Below, in pieces: positions 1 through 10,189 of a stretch of DNA of 64,000 bases. How positions within the stretch are numbered: the stretch's first letter is position 1; each line of letters begins with the position of its first letter. The position numbers were made by a program, and so were the translations under genes. Under the pieces are notes generated by a model, which searched no databases, was not told the DNA's origin, and saw only the letters and a program-made list of their open reading frames with translations. Origin of the DNA: Prasinococcaceae sp. CCMP 1430 (taxonomy: Eukaryota > Plantae > Prasinodermophyta); NCBI GenBank assembly GCA_013416795.1, contig RQSC01000518.1, forward strand, positions 162,533-226,532, written 5' to 3'.

Positions 1-1
1 C

Positions 2-3000
2 TACTGTGGTGCAGGTGTCACAACAGATGTACCGATCCTGAACAACTTCACGACCCCCCAGCCCTGCTTTGGCGGGTATCTCTGTGAGCCAGGCTCGTCG
101 ACGCCTCAGGGCAGTGGGCCATGCCCAAGTGGTCACTACTGCCCGCCTGGTCAAGTCGTGCCATGTCCACCTCGCACATATTGCCCGAACGTTGGCAATG
201 TTGAACCGAAGCCATGCGAGCCAGGTCAGTACAACCAGGAATACGGTCAAGCAAATTGCAAGCTCTGCCCGCGTGGTACGATCTGTCCCGGCTTCGCGCG
301 GCTCTTACCGGAGAAGTGCCCCGCTGGGTCGGTGTGCGACGTGGATGGCTTGCCGATTCCAAACAAGCGCTGCCCTGCGGGCCACTTCTGCCTGGGCAAC
401 ACGGTCACGCGTGACCCGCTCGCCCAGCTGGACGAGAGCTCACTGCAGCGTTCAAGCCCTATCGAGCTCGTCGCCTCCAACTTCCGCCCGCGCCCTTGCC
501 TGCCTGCAACGTACTGCATGGAGGGTGTCGCCACCAACATTACCAATAAGGGCGTCATCACAGCTCCGCAGCCGTGCAAGGAAGGCTCGTTGTGCGAATG
601 GGGCACAGGCGACACGACTACAGCACCAGATCGCAGCCTCTTCGGGCCAGACGATGTTTACTCAAACCCTATCACATCGTGCCCGCCTGGAACATTCTGC
701 CCCGAAGGCACGTACATTCCCGTCCCAGCGCCGCGTGGCTCGTTCGCGCGTGGCGTGGGCAACGCCGCGGCGGTGTACTGCCTGCCCGGCACTTACACGC
801 ACTATGAGGGGTTCGCTTCGTGTCTTCAGTGCCCAAGCGGTTACGAGTGCGTGAACGATGGCACGTTCATACCAGAAATCTGTGACAGTGGTGAGTATCG
901 CTCGCAGGCTGATTCAGTGACATGCAGGCAGTGCCCGCTCGGCACGTGGAATCCTTTCAAGGGCATGACTGCGCGCGTGTACTGCATTCCGTGCAATCCT
1001 GGCACTGTGTGTGGTATCGAGGGCATGTCCAACAATAAGCCTTTCGGCGACAATCGTGAGCAGAAGATCAATGATCACACCTTGGTGGAGCTTCAGCCGC
1101 TGGGGCAGGCGACGCTCTGTCCAGAGGGTTACGTGTGTGACGCCGGCACTAGCGTGGCGACTGTCAAATGCCCTGACAAGTTCTACTGCGGCTATGGCAC
1201 GACCCCGGAGACGCAGTTTAACAACCCGTGCCCTGAGGGCTACTACTGCCCTGAGGGCACTTCAGAGAGTGGCCGATTCCAGTTCTCCTGCCTTCCTTGC
1301 TTCTACTGCCCTGAGGGTACAGGCTTGATTCTGCCACGCTGCCCGACGGGCACGAAGTCTGAGTCGAAGTCAACCAGCCTGATGGACTGCGAGGCCGATG
1401 GTATTACTTTCTGGCGAGTGCAACCCCTTCTCGACGAGCTCATGTTATTCACGCAGATGAATCTCACTGAATACCAGGAAATGCTGGACGCCGAAGAAGC
1501 CGAGCTCGCGCTGCCTGATGGCGATGGCGCACTCCTGGGCGGTAGCTCCGATGCGCCTAGGCTCGACGATGGACAGAGCACTTTGAACCTCGAATCGCGC
1601 AGGCGACTCATGTCAAACGAAAGTGATGCACCTCGCGACATCGACATTGATGAGGAGTTTGGCCATTGTGTTGGCCAAGACTTCCACATGCTCGAGCCAG
1701 AAGTGGTCGTGCGCCCTGACGGCTCTGGGCCGTCCGTGGATGAGATGGGCAACAACATGACGTGGTATAAGCTGCCGCGCTACTACATGGCGAAGCTCTC
1801 CTTCGACTTTCGCAACCTCACCGACGATCTCGTATACGGTGAGCACTTTGGCATTTACGTCTTTGTCGGTGACCGTTCCACCAAGGTTGACTGTGACACC
1901 GCTGAGCTCAGAGAGGTGCCTTGCAAGCCGTATATCCCAGATCCTAATGGCCTTGTGGTCGGAAGAGACGATGAGACTCGCCGCTTTGAGCAGAAATGTC
2001 CCGCTTCCACGGACGCCGAGGAATTGCCCTTCTGGCTGGAGCAGGTGGTGGACGGCGAGTTCGTCTCAAAACGTGGCATCGTTGAGATCAACATCATGTC
2101 TAATGGTGACATCAATGTACCTAACACTGGCTACGTCAAGTTCCGCGTGGAGGTCCGGATGTTGCATGGTCAATACCAGCACTACAAGACGCAGATTTCA
2201 AATACGCTCTGCATTGACGTCCTGCGGCCGAAGCGCGTGAGCCCGGTGGTCGACCATGCCTTCCAAGTCATCATGCCGCGCGTCGATGGTCTCATGCTTC
2301 CACTCAATGCCCCGCAGCGTGATCCTTTGCATCGTGACGTCGGCCGCCAGTACTTCACGTGCAATGAGGCGCTCGGCGCGATTGGGCTTAGCGCGGGCTG
2401 CAGGCGGAAGGACCCGTCGATCACCATGTCATTTAATGTGACGCCGACGGCCCTCAGCTTGGGCTATGAGTACGTCAACGAGGACGAAAATGTGCTCAGC
2501 TTGCGGCGCATGCTCTCGTCGGGTGCCGGTGGCATGGCGTCGCCCGGCGTGGTGCCACCGATACCCACTGTCTCGTCCGGTCTCGTCGCGGCGCGGAGGC
2601 AGCTTGTTGAGGCTATTGGCTCCATCGGTGTCTTCAGCACCTCCACCAGCGAAGGCAAGGGCGACTACGGCGCCTCCGCGACGAGGCGGCGCCTATCGGA
2701 AGCTGCGGCGCCTGGCGCGGGCATCCCCATACCCTCGAAGGCTGACTTGGACGGTGTGGTCAACACCGTGCCGGACCTGCGTGAGGAGGAGGAAAGGGTG
2801 CTCGAGGATCCTTCCCTTTACTGGACCGGAACCGGCGACATCATCGCTATGAAGTACCTGCCTTACTTTTCGAACTGCCGCGGCACGGACTCGAACATCT
2901 TCCTTTATCAGCTGCTCGAGACCAACCCCAGTTGCTCGCTTGTGAGTCAGAACGAGACCATCTTCATCGACCAGTGGGACCCACAGGTTTTCGAGCCGGA

Positions 3001-6000
3001 AGCTGACTCGTGCGACATCGAATTCACGTGTTTCTACGAGGAGTACTACAAAGAGCAGGCGGCCGTGTTGCGATGGTTCGAAGTGGAGGCGGAGGTGCTC
3101 TTCTACCTGACGCCGGATGGCACCAGCCCTGACGAGCAGTTTGTGGCAGACATCCAGGCTTCTGAAACGACATCTCCGCAGCTTGCCCCGGGTGCCCTTC
3201 AGGGCAAGATCGCCACGCAGCAGCTGATTCCAGTAGAGTTCGCAGCCAGTGAAGTGGGCGAAGGCATTGTGCCGACCGAAGTCTCCCTGGCCATCGATTA
3301 TTACCAGATGACGCCGCAGGCGAAGCGCCTCATCACAGCTGGCGTCGAAATGGGCGAATATGTGAATGCCAAGAAGCATGACAGTGGCGACTACAAGCTC
3401 ACAGTCAGTTACAGCCCATTGAACTTCTTCAACCTGCTCAACTCCTTCGCCTTCGACTATGCCTTCTACGTGATTCTATTCCTTGGCATTGGCACGTTTG
3501 CTGTGCTCATCGTGCTCATGTTCTTTATCTTCAACCGCCTCTTCACCCGCTTGCGGGACCCGCCGCCGTTCCGCTTCTTCCCGTACCTGCGCATCGCGGC
3601 ATCGGGCCCGTTCGTGGGCGTCGGCCTGGCGCTGGTGCCCTTCATGGCTGGCTGTCTGGCCGTGCAATTTTTCGTGCAGGGCGTGCAGATCTTTAGCTTC
3701 GTGCCGCAAGACATTGACGACCCCACAGATGACCCGGTGCTACTCGAAGTGCGCGACAATGGCCGCATGGCGGTAGGCTTCCTCACGCTGGCGCTGTATA
3801 TGGTGTGGATTTCCGCCAAGATCCTGGTGCCCAAGCGCCAGTCCGAGGACGAGGAGGAGGACGAGGACTCGACGTGGGAGCCCGAGGCGTGGAGGCGTTC
3901 ACACTACATCGTCGCGGTGGTCGCCATCCAGATGGTCAATGTTGCGCTCATTGAGTTCTCCTTCACTGATCTCTATGGCGAGATGTTCTTCACGTGCTTC
4001 CTGATCATGAAGGTTTTCCACATCGTGCTCGACAAGTACATCGAAGGCTTCCTCAAGGAGGTGCTGCTGTGCACGCCAGTGTCCATCTCGCTGGCAATGA
4101 CTGCGGGTTTGGTGACCATTTCCGCAGATGACTTCACTGATTTCACTCTGGGTTTCTTCCTGGAGCTTCTGATCGGCCTCTCGGAGTATGTGTATCTCGA
4201 CGCTGCCATGGCCTCTGTGTCGGAACAGCTTCCCAAGATCAAGCGATTCATCGATCGCTTGTACTACCGCGTGCGCCGTCGCACCAACATGGAGGACCTG
4301 TTGGCTGGTGAGGTGGCCGAGGAGGACAGCGTGGTGGAGGACCTCATGGGCTTCCTGACGTCCTACGGAGCAAACAACGTCGTGCTGCTCCTCACCGTAC
4401 CATACATCTTCTTCTACTACTACTTCAACTCGCAGCTGCGCTTATCGTTCCTTTTCGGCATCCGCCAGCGTGACTTGCTCATCTACCTCATTTTCGCGGT
4501 AGTCATCATTTTCTTCCAGGTGATCTGCGACGTCTTCACGTTCAACATCCAGGAGCTTTTCCACGGGTGGAATCTGTACGAGTACATGAAGTACGCCCGG
4601 TACCGCTTCGTGCATCGCACGGCGCGCTGGAAGGGTCTCGAGACTCAATTTGATGAGTCCATCGAGGAGGGGCTGCGCTCTGTTGATCAGATGTGCTTCT
4701 CGAGCCAGTTTTACTTCGTGCTCGCGCTGGGCGGCGCGGGTGCGTTCCTGATCACGCTTGCGATCTCGATGATGCTGCGTGCACAGTACAACATGTTCGC
4801 CGACCCGGCCTTCCTTATGGTCATCGGGCTCATGTGCGCTTTCTGCGAGGCTGGCCAGAAGCTGGGCCTGGTGCTCGCGGACCTGGGAGGACTCTGGAAG
4901 CTCAAGGAGTTCGGTGTAGATGGGGCAGAGCGCCTCGCGCAGGAGTCCGACATGCCGGTGGAGTTCCAGCAATTCGTGGACGCGGGCTCGAAGGCCGCTG
5001 CGGTGGCGCAGCGCCGCGAGTGGGACGGCGACTACGACGGGCCGCTCACAACCGCGCGCATGACCAGTGACGCGTTCAGACACGAATTCCTGGACAAGAA
5101 TCGCCTGTGGCTCCTCGAGCAGATGGGTGACCTGCTCACGCCGCGCACTGCGGACAAGCTGAAGAGGATGGGCATCGGCGCTAAGATCTACGTGCGCGCT
5201 GACTCGGATGATAGCGACACTGAGGACCGTGGGCGCTTTGGACCGGTGACAGTTGAGCCCGCCGCAGCGCATCTGGCACGCATGTGGCTCACAGAAGCGC
5301 GTAGGCGCGCGCCCGGCCGCGGCCGCCTGCTCATCTCGTCGTCGGACTCCGAAGAGGATGGTGGCGGCCGCTTTGGCCGCGCGCAGATCAGCTATTCGAC
5401 CCACGCACTTCTGCGCGCGTGGCTTGCCAAGAGCCGCCAGGCCGCGGAGGGCGGCGGCGTGGCCCACGCGATCTCATCGGAGGACGACACCGATGCCGAG
5501 ACCTCGCGTTTCGGGGCGCCCGCGACCGTGAGCCGCGCGAGTCACGCGCTGCTGCGCACCTGGTTGGCCGCTGTGCGGGCCGACGTCCTGGCGATGGCAG
5601 CGAGGGCCGAGCCCCAGGGGCGAGTGCCCATACGGCGCGGTGGTGCGCTTGGCACGTCGAGCTCCGAGTCTGACTCGGACCTTGGCGGTGGCGGAGCTCC
5701 CGCGGCGCGCTTCGGCAGGGTCAGGCTTTCCCAGAGCACCCACGCGGTGCTGCGCACCTGGGTGCGCTCCATGCGCGCGCAGTCTACCGAGGGTGTCGCG
5801 AGGCCCAGTCGGGGACGCGCCGCGCTAGCTCTCAGCAGCGATGAGAGCGACGCAGAGACTGCCGTGGGCAGCGCGACCGCGCGCGGGGGCTCGCGCTTTG
5901 GCCCGCTGCGCCCCGTGGTCAGCCGCGGAAGCCACGCATTGCTGCGAGCGTGGGTAGCAGCTACAAGGGAGCAAATTCGGGAGGACACTGGAGCAAATGA

Positions 6001-6088
6001 GCTCGAAATGCGGGACGAAGCCGTCCCAGTCGACGAGGAGGAAGGAGAAGGATCTTATCAGGAGGGCGATAACGACTTTGAGTCCTAG
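2..6088 (+). CDS. Giant cysteine-rich repeat (GCC2/GCC3, ephrin-receptor-like) multi-pass membrane protein; 5' partial, frame open from window start
   Basis: 1976-aa ORF, open upstream to nt 2 (YCGAGVTT...CPSGHYCPPG). Many CPxGxYCPxG repeats, then about 10 hydrophobic segments (approx. 3430-4900), then an acidic repeat tail. Intronless. Confidence 0.85.
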   Translation, partial: YCGAGVTTDVPILNNFTTPQPCFGGYLCEPGSSTPQGSGPCPSGHYCPPGQVVPCPPRTYCPNVGNVEPKPCEPGQYNQEYGQANCKLCPRGTICPGFARLLPEKCPAGSVCDVDGLPIPNKRCPAGHFCLGNTVTRDPLAQLDESSLQRSSPIELVASNFRPRPCLPATYCMEGVATNITNKGVITAPQPCKEGSLCEWGTGDTTTAPDRSLFGPDDVYSNPITSCPPGTFCPEGTYIPVPAPRGSFARGVGNAAAVYCLPGTYTHYEGFASCLQCPSGYECVNDGTFIPEICDSGEYRSQADSVTCRQCPLGTWNPFKGMTARVYCIPCNPGTVCGIEGMSNNKPFGDNREQKINDHTLVELQPLGQATLCPEGYVCDAGTSVATVKCPDKFYCGYGTTPETQFNNPCPEGYYCPEGTSESGRFQFSCLPCFYCPEGTGLILPRCPTGTKSESKSTSLMDCEADGITFWRVQPLLDELMLFTQMNLTEYQEMLDAEEAELALPDGDGALLGGSSDAPRLDDGQSTLNLESRRRLMSNESDAPRDIDIDEEFGHCVGQDFHMLEPEVVVRPDGSGPSVDEMGNNMTWYKLPRYYMAKLSFDFRNLTDDLVYGEHFGIYVFVGDRSTKVDCDTAELREVPCKPYIPDPNGLVVGRDDETRRFEQKCPASTDAEELPFWLEQVVDGEFVSKRGIVEINIMSNGDINVPNTGYVKFRVEVRMLHGQYQHYKTQISNTLCIDVLRPKRVSPVVDHAFQVIMPRVDGLMLPLNAPQRDPLHRDVGRQYFTCNEALGAIGLSAGCRRKDPSITMSFNVTPTALSLGYEYVNEDENVLSLRRMLSSGAGGMASPGVVPPIPTVSSGLVAARRQLVEAIGSIGVFSTSTSEGKGDYGASATRRRLSEAAAPGAGIPIPSKADLDGVVNTVPDLREEEERVLEDPSLYWTGTGDIIAMKYLPYFSNCRGTDSNIFLYQLLETNPSCSLVSQNETIFIDQWDPQVFEPEADSCDIEFTCFYEEYYKEQAAVLRWFEVEAEVLFYLTPDGTSPDEQFVADIQASETTSPQLAPGALQGKIATQQLIPVEFAASEVGEGIVPTEVSLAIDYYQMTPQAKRLITAGVEMGEYVNAKKHDSGDYKLTVSYSPLNFFNLLNSFAFDYAFYVILFLGIGTFAVLIVLMFFIFNRLFTRLRDPPPFRFFPYLRIAASGPFVGVGLALVPFMAGCLAVQFFVQGVQIFSFVPQDIDDPTDDPVLLEVRDNGRMAVGFLTLALYMVWISAKILVPKRQSEDEEEDEDSTWEPEAWRRSHYIVAVVAIQMVNVALIEFSFTDLYGEMFFTCFLIMKVFHIVLDKYIEGFLKEVLLCTPVSISLAMTAGLVTISADDFTDFTLGFFLELLIGLSEYVYLDAAMASVSEQLPKIKRFIDRLYYRVRRRTNMEDLLAGEVAEEDSVVEDLMGFLTSYGANNVVLLLTVPYIFFYYYFNSQLRLSFLFGIRQRDLLIYLIFAVVIIFFQVICDVFTFNIQELFHGWNLYEYMKYARYRFVHRTARWKGLETQFDESIEEGLRSVDQMCFSSQFYFVLALGGAGAFLITLAISMMLRAQYNMFADPAFLMVIGLMCAFCEAGQKLGLVLADLGGLWKLKEFGVDGAERLAQESDMPVEFQQFVDAGSKAAAVAQRREWDGDYDGPLTTARMTSDAFRHEFLDKNRLWLLEQMGDLLTPRTADKLKRMGIGAKIYVRADSDDSDTEDRGRFGPVTVEPAAAHLARMWLTEARRRAPGRGRLLISSSDSEEDGGGRFGRAQISYSTHALLRAWLAKSRQAAEGGGVAHAISSEDDTDAETSRFGAPATVSRASHALLRTWLAAVRADVLAMAARAEPQGRVPIRRGGALGTSSSESDSDLGGGGAPAARFGRVRLSQSTHAVLRTWVRSMRAQSTEGVARPSRGRAALALSSDESDAETAVGSATARGGSRFGPLRPVVSRGSHALLRAWVAATREQIREDTGANELEMRDEAVPVDEEEGEGSYQEGDNDFES

Positions 6089-6220
6089 TTATAGCTAGTG
6101 ACTAGTCCTAGAGAGAGAGTGAGCAAGCTCTGGAGCTGGCGCGGATTGTTGTAATTTCGCAAGCACTAGATACAGCATCGGTGCGGCGCCGCAATCGACA
6201 GTGTGCGAGCACGGGCGCCC

Positions 6221-7687
6221 TCAGTTGACGCCGAACCTGTCCTGAAGCGCATTGATGCTCCATCCGACGTCGCTTGTTGGTAACCTGCAGTCGGGCGCCT
6301 TGCCGCCAGTGAAATTCGCTCTGTAGTTGTTCTCCCTCTGCTCGCGCTCCGCGCGGAAATGCGTACACAGCCTGTAATCGAGCATCCGCGCGAGCTCCTT
6401 GAACCCGCCCCAGCACTCAAATACGTCCCCAGCGAGCGAGTGCTCCCCCTTGAGGTCCACCTCCCTCCTCTTGACGGGCAGGCCTGTGTCCTCGTCGATG
6501 CGCTGCAGGCGCTCGGGCAGCGGCATGCCTGACAGCAGCGCGTGCGCGTCGCATCCGCGCTTGGCACTACGGAGCGCCGCGCGCATGGCTCCAGCCGTGA
6601 CACCCGACACGAAGAAGTCGTCGGGCGTGCGGAAGCGATACACGGCATCCCCCTCCGCAGCGTCGGGATCCCTCTCGAGTGCGTGTGCGAGCAGCGGGGC
6701 GATCGCCTCGGGCGTTGTTGTGCGCGAAGAAGCTTCGTACAGAAACTGCGCGGCCTCCACGCGCGAGTTGAAGCGGGCCGCCTGCACGGGGCAATATCTG
6801 ACAACCGAGCTCGGTGCGTCCGGCTCGAACTCGACGAGCGCCACGGAGCGCACGCGCCCGCGTGCGAAGCCACCGCGTATGTCGCGGCGCGTCTGTTTTC
6901 CGGCGTAGGCCGCTGCTACGGCCGCGCCCAGTCCCACGCCGGCGACAGACCAGTGCGCCTGATAAATGGAAGATGCGTCCCGCAGCAGGTCATCCCTGAT
7001 GCCTCCGATGAGGCAGTACTGTCTGGTCTCTTCGCGGTCGGCGTTGAGCTCGAGGGCCTCCGCGAACGCCTCGAGGTCTTCTACGAGCTCGTCGATGTGT
7101 ACAGGCCCCTGCCTGCCACCTGTGGTGCCACCGTGGCCGCGCATGTCAATGGCAATGACATGGTACCAGCTCATGAGCAGGTGGTCAAGGTCCAGCGCGC
7201 GCTCGTCACCAGTGAGGTGCCAAGCCATCCGGCTCCATACCTGGCGGCACTCGCCCGCGCCATGCAGCAGCATAAGTGTCTGCTTCTCGCCAGGTCCACC
7301 ACGCCTGCGGTCGACTCGCAGTTCTCCCCACTCGCTGTAGGCCATGCGGATGCCCGTGCGTAGCTGCACGCTCTTTGCGAGACCCGCCGAATGGTCGCCG
7401 CGGCGTGAGCCGGGCCACGTGTTGGCGAGCTCGAGCGCGCGAAAGATGAAGGCCTCGTCGGCGCCACCGTCGTCGGGGGTGCCATTAGCCACGATCCCTT
7501 CGCCAAGGGGGGGGAGCTGCTCCACTCTGGCCGCCCTCGCACGCGCCATGCCCAGCAGCTGCCCATGCCTCAGCACCGGCCGCGGGCGCAGGCAGTGGCT
7601 GCCCGCGGCGATCTCTCCCGTTGCCGAGCCTCGCCTTGGTGCGCTGCATGATGCGCTCACAGAATGCCAGCGACGCGAGCTTGGCAT
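6221..7687 (-). CDS. Alpha/beta-hydrolase fold protein; start uncertain
   Basis: LLHGAGECRQVW, VIAIDMRGHG and VRSVALVE motifs; nucleophile elbow reads GVGLG. Confidence 0.75.
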   Translation of the reverse strand: MPSSRRWHSVSASCSAPRRGSATGEIAAGSHCLRPRPVLRHGQLLGMARARAARVEQLPPLGEGIVANGTPDDGGADEAFIFRALELANTWPGSRRGDHSAGLAKSVQLRTGIRMAYSEWGELRVDRRRGGPGEKQTLMLLHGAGECRQVWSRMAWHLTGDERALDLDHLLMSWYHVIAIDMRGHGGTTGGRQGPVHIDELVEDLEAFAEALELNADREETRQYCLIGGIRDDLLRDASSIYQAHWSVAGVGLGAAVAAAYAGKQTRRDIRGGFARGRVRSVALVEFEPDAPSSVVRYCPVQAARFNSRVEAAQFLYEASSRTTTPEAIAPLLAHALERDPDAAEGDAVYRFRTPDDFFVSGVTAGAMRAALRSAKRGCDAHALLSGMPLPERLQRIDEDTGLPVKRREVDLKGEHSLAGDVFECWGGFKELARMLDYRLCTHFRAEREQRENNYRANFTGGKAPDCRLPTSDVGWSINALQDRFGVN

Positions 7688-8243
7688 CGCGTGCGCTATT
7701 TATGAGCTCGCCCATCTGCGAAGGCCGGCGTTGTGTGTCGACGAGGCGAATTGCCGGTCGCTTGCCCGTCGGGTGAAAGCCGGGCGCTGCGAGGAAGTCG
7801 CCGGGCAAGGCGCTGGCTGGCGATTCCGAAGTGACCGACCCCACTTCGCTCGCGCGGTCGTCGAGGTCCGTGGTGGCCGCAAGTCGCTCCGCGCGCACTT
7901 CTTCACCGTCTAAGAGAGCCGCCCAGTGCGGTGTGGCGCTGCCACCCACGCGCGAGAAGTTCTTGGCGAGGCTGATCACCAATTTCTTGGGCGCGTGGCG
8001 TCCCACGTGCTCGACGCTCCAGCTGCTCTCGGCTGGGTCCACGCAGCCACCGGTTGCACCGTCGAGCACGACGCCGACGCCCTCGATCGCCAGGCGCAGC
8101 TCATGCGCGCCTATTAGGCAGCGCACGTCGCGCCCGCCGAGCCGCCTGCCCACTGGGCCACAGCCGCCGGTGGGCAAGTCGAGCTCGACCGTTACCTCGG
8201 CCTCCGTCTGTGACCACCTGTACGGCAGGCCCGACGCAGGCAT
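7485..8243 (-). CDS. CS (p23/NudC-like) domain protein, possibly the N-terminal part of the adjacent hydrolase gene
   Basis: ATG at 8243: MPASGLPYRWSQTEAEVTVELDLP...CVDPAESSWSVE...LVISLAK...HWAALL, a typical CS-domain pattern (YxWxQT..V; ESSW; LxK; W). Confidence 0.7.
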   Translation of the reverse strand: MPASGLPYRWSQTEAEVTVELDLPTGGCGPVGRRLGGRDVRCLIGAHELRLAIEGVGVVLDGATGGCVDPAESSWSVEHVGRHAPKKLVISLAKNFSRVGGSATPHWAALLDGEEVRAERLAATTDLDDRASEVGSVTSESPASALPGDFLAAPGFHPTGKRPAIRLVDTQRRPSQMGELINSARDAKLASLAFCERIMQRTKARLGNGRDRRGQPLPAPAAGAEAWAAAGHGACEGGQSGAAPPPWRRDRG

Positions 8244-8359
8244 GGCTGCCCGCCCTCCCCACCCACCCGCGACGCACAGGAGCCGAGGCGGGCGTCTCCT
8301 TTTTCGGAATCTCGCCCGCGCGTGCCCGCCGGAGCAGCCCGGCAGGGGGGGGGGGGGGG

Positions 8360-8605
8360 NNNNNNNNNNNNNNNNNNNNNNNNNNNNNNNNNNNNNNNNN
8401 NNNNNNNNNNNNNNNNNNNNNNNNNNNNNNNNNNNNNNNNNNNNNNNNNNNNNNNNNNNNNNNNNNNNNNNNNNNNNNNNNNNNNNNNNNNNNNNNNNNN
8501 NNNNNNNNNNNNNNNNNNNNNNNNNNNNNNNNNNNNNNNNNNNNNNNNNNNNNNNNNNNNNNNNNNNNNNNNNNNNNNNNNNNNNNNNNNNNNNNNNNNN
8601 NNNNN
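8360..8605. other. Assembly gap (N run)
   Basis: Run of n. Confidence 1.
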
Positions 8606-9076
8606 CGGCGCACACGCGGGGCGGCACGCCGCGGGGCACGCGGGGGCGCGGGCGGGTAGGGAGGGGGAAATGAGGATGCCACAGCGCGCAGGGAGGGCGC
8701 GAGACGGCGGCGAGAGGAGGGCCAAGCCGCGGCTCGGAGTGCGTCTCGAAGGCGGGGGGTGGGGGGGCGCGTGCGGCTACGTGCGCGCCAGGCAGGACGG
8801 CAGGGGAGGGCCGCAGGCAGCGCGCCGCAGGCGGAGCGCTCGAGGAGCCGGCACCGCGCGTCGCCTGGTCCAGCCCAGGCTGGGGGCCTGGGCACGCCCC
8901 GCGGCGGGGGTGCGACTCGTCCGAGTTGCCTCCAGGGGCCGCGGCGTCCGCGCTTGAGCGGCAGTCCGCCGGCAGGGCCGGGGGCGCAGGCGGTGCGCGT
9001 GCCCGGGCGCCGGGCGCTCTCACCGGCGCGGCCCGCGCAGAGGAGCGAGAGGGGGGCGCCAGCGAGCCTGCACACC

Positions 9077-9499
9077 ATGCTCGACCCGCTGAGCATTGCA
9101 CTGATTTCGTTCGCGGCCGCGGGTGTGGGTGGCAGCATTGGCTTCGGTTGCGGCGCGGCCGCGCGGAAGCTTCGAGACGACAGGCAGTGGCGTGCTCTCA
9201 ACTCGCAGCTGTCGACGTATTTCGCGCGCCCGCGCGACTTCGAGCGACTGGCCATGGATGGCGACGGGTACGGACTTGACCTGTCCCACCTGTCCAAGGC
9301 GGACATGTGCGCGCCGCTAGGGGTGGAAGACAGCCTGCTGCCCGCATCGCACGGCAGCGCTTTCGTCGCGAGTAGCTCCAGTGCGACCGGTTGGAACTCG
9401 CGCAGCAACCCCTTGCGGGAGTCAGCTGAGGACCTCGCCTCGCAGGCGCACGTTGGGGGGGAGGACTTCGCCGTCGATGTGGGCGAGCGCCGCAGATAG
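9077..9499 (+). CDS. Hypothetical protein (140 aa) with N-terminal hydrophobic anchor
   Basis: caccATG context; MLDPLSIALISFAAAGVGGSIGFGCG followed by a charged, natural-looking sequence. Confidence 0.5.
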   Translation: MLDPLSIALISFAAAGVGGSIGFGCGAAARKLRDDRQWRALNSQLSTYFARPRDFERLAMDGDGYGLDLSHLSKADMCAPLGVEDSLLPASHGSAFVASSSSATGWNSRSNPLRESAEDLASQAHVGGEDFAVDVGERRR

Positions 9500-9841
9500 T
9501 GCACGCCAGCAGCAGCCGCACTCGCGAACGCACCGCCCTCGCACCTGCACTCTCTGCTGTACTGCGCGCCACCTATGTGTGCGTCCCCGCCCTTTTTTGT
9601 ATATGGCACTCCGTTCGAGCTGAGAGCGACCGCGTCGCTCGTCGTAAGCATGGGAGCGTTTCCACGATGGTTTCGTGTGCGGACCGCCGCACGCGCAGAT
9701 CTAGCTAGGGCCTGGGCGAACGTAGAGGACGGGTGAGGGGGGTAGCGCAGTCGCTCGGACATCTCTCTGCTGCCTTGTGTATTAACCTGGTGTGTGTGCG
9801 CGAGCGCGCGAGTTGCGCAAGTGGTGCGCGTACGCTCTCCC

Positions 9842-10189
9842 TCACCACGTATCGGCGTAGCCGCTGCTGTGCCAGAACGCGAGCCGTCCTACCAGAAAGA
9901 AGACAATCGCGACGACCACGAAGGCGCCGAAGCCAATAGCCTCGTCGTCGTCGAGCAGGTTCGCGACGCTGCCCTCCTCCTCTCGCTCCACCTGCCCCAA
10001 GCGTGCTTTCAGCAGGTCCATGTCCGCCGTCGCGCCGGCACCGTCCTTGTCGGCCTCTTCTTCGCGCACGCCATCACCCCCGTCGCCGGTCTCGCCGCGC
10101 ACGACCACCGCTGCCCGCCGCGCCGCCCATCCCGGCCTCCGCCGCGCCGCCGCCCCCGCTGCGGCAACCGCCCGCGCCGCTGCCGCCAT
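9842..10189 (-). CDS. Small hypothetical protein, transit-peptide-like N-terminus and C-terminal TM helix (probably plastid)
   Basis: MAAAARAVAAAGAAARRR... Ala/Arg-rich presequence, acidic middle, IGFGAFVVVAIVFFLVG TM segment. Confidence 0.55.
   Translation of the reverse strand: MAAAARAVAAAGAAARRRPGWAARRAAVVVRGETGDGGDGVREEEADKDGAGATADMDLLKARLGQVEREEEGSVANLLDDDEAIGFGAFVVVAIVFFLVGRLAFWHSSGYADTW

Noticed and set aside
8101-9101. ORFs containing long X runs
   Set aside because: They read through the N gap and are not evidence of coding sequence.
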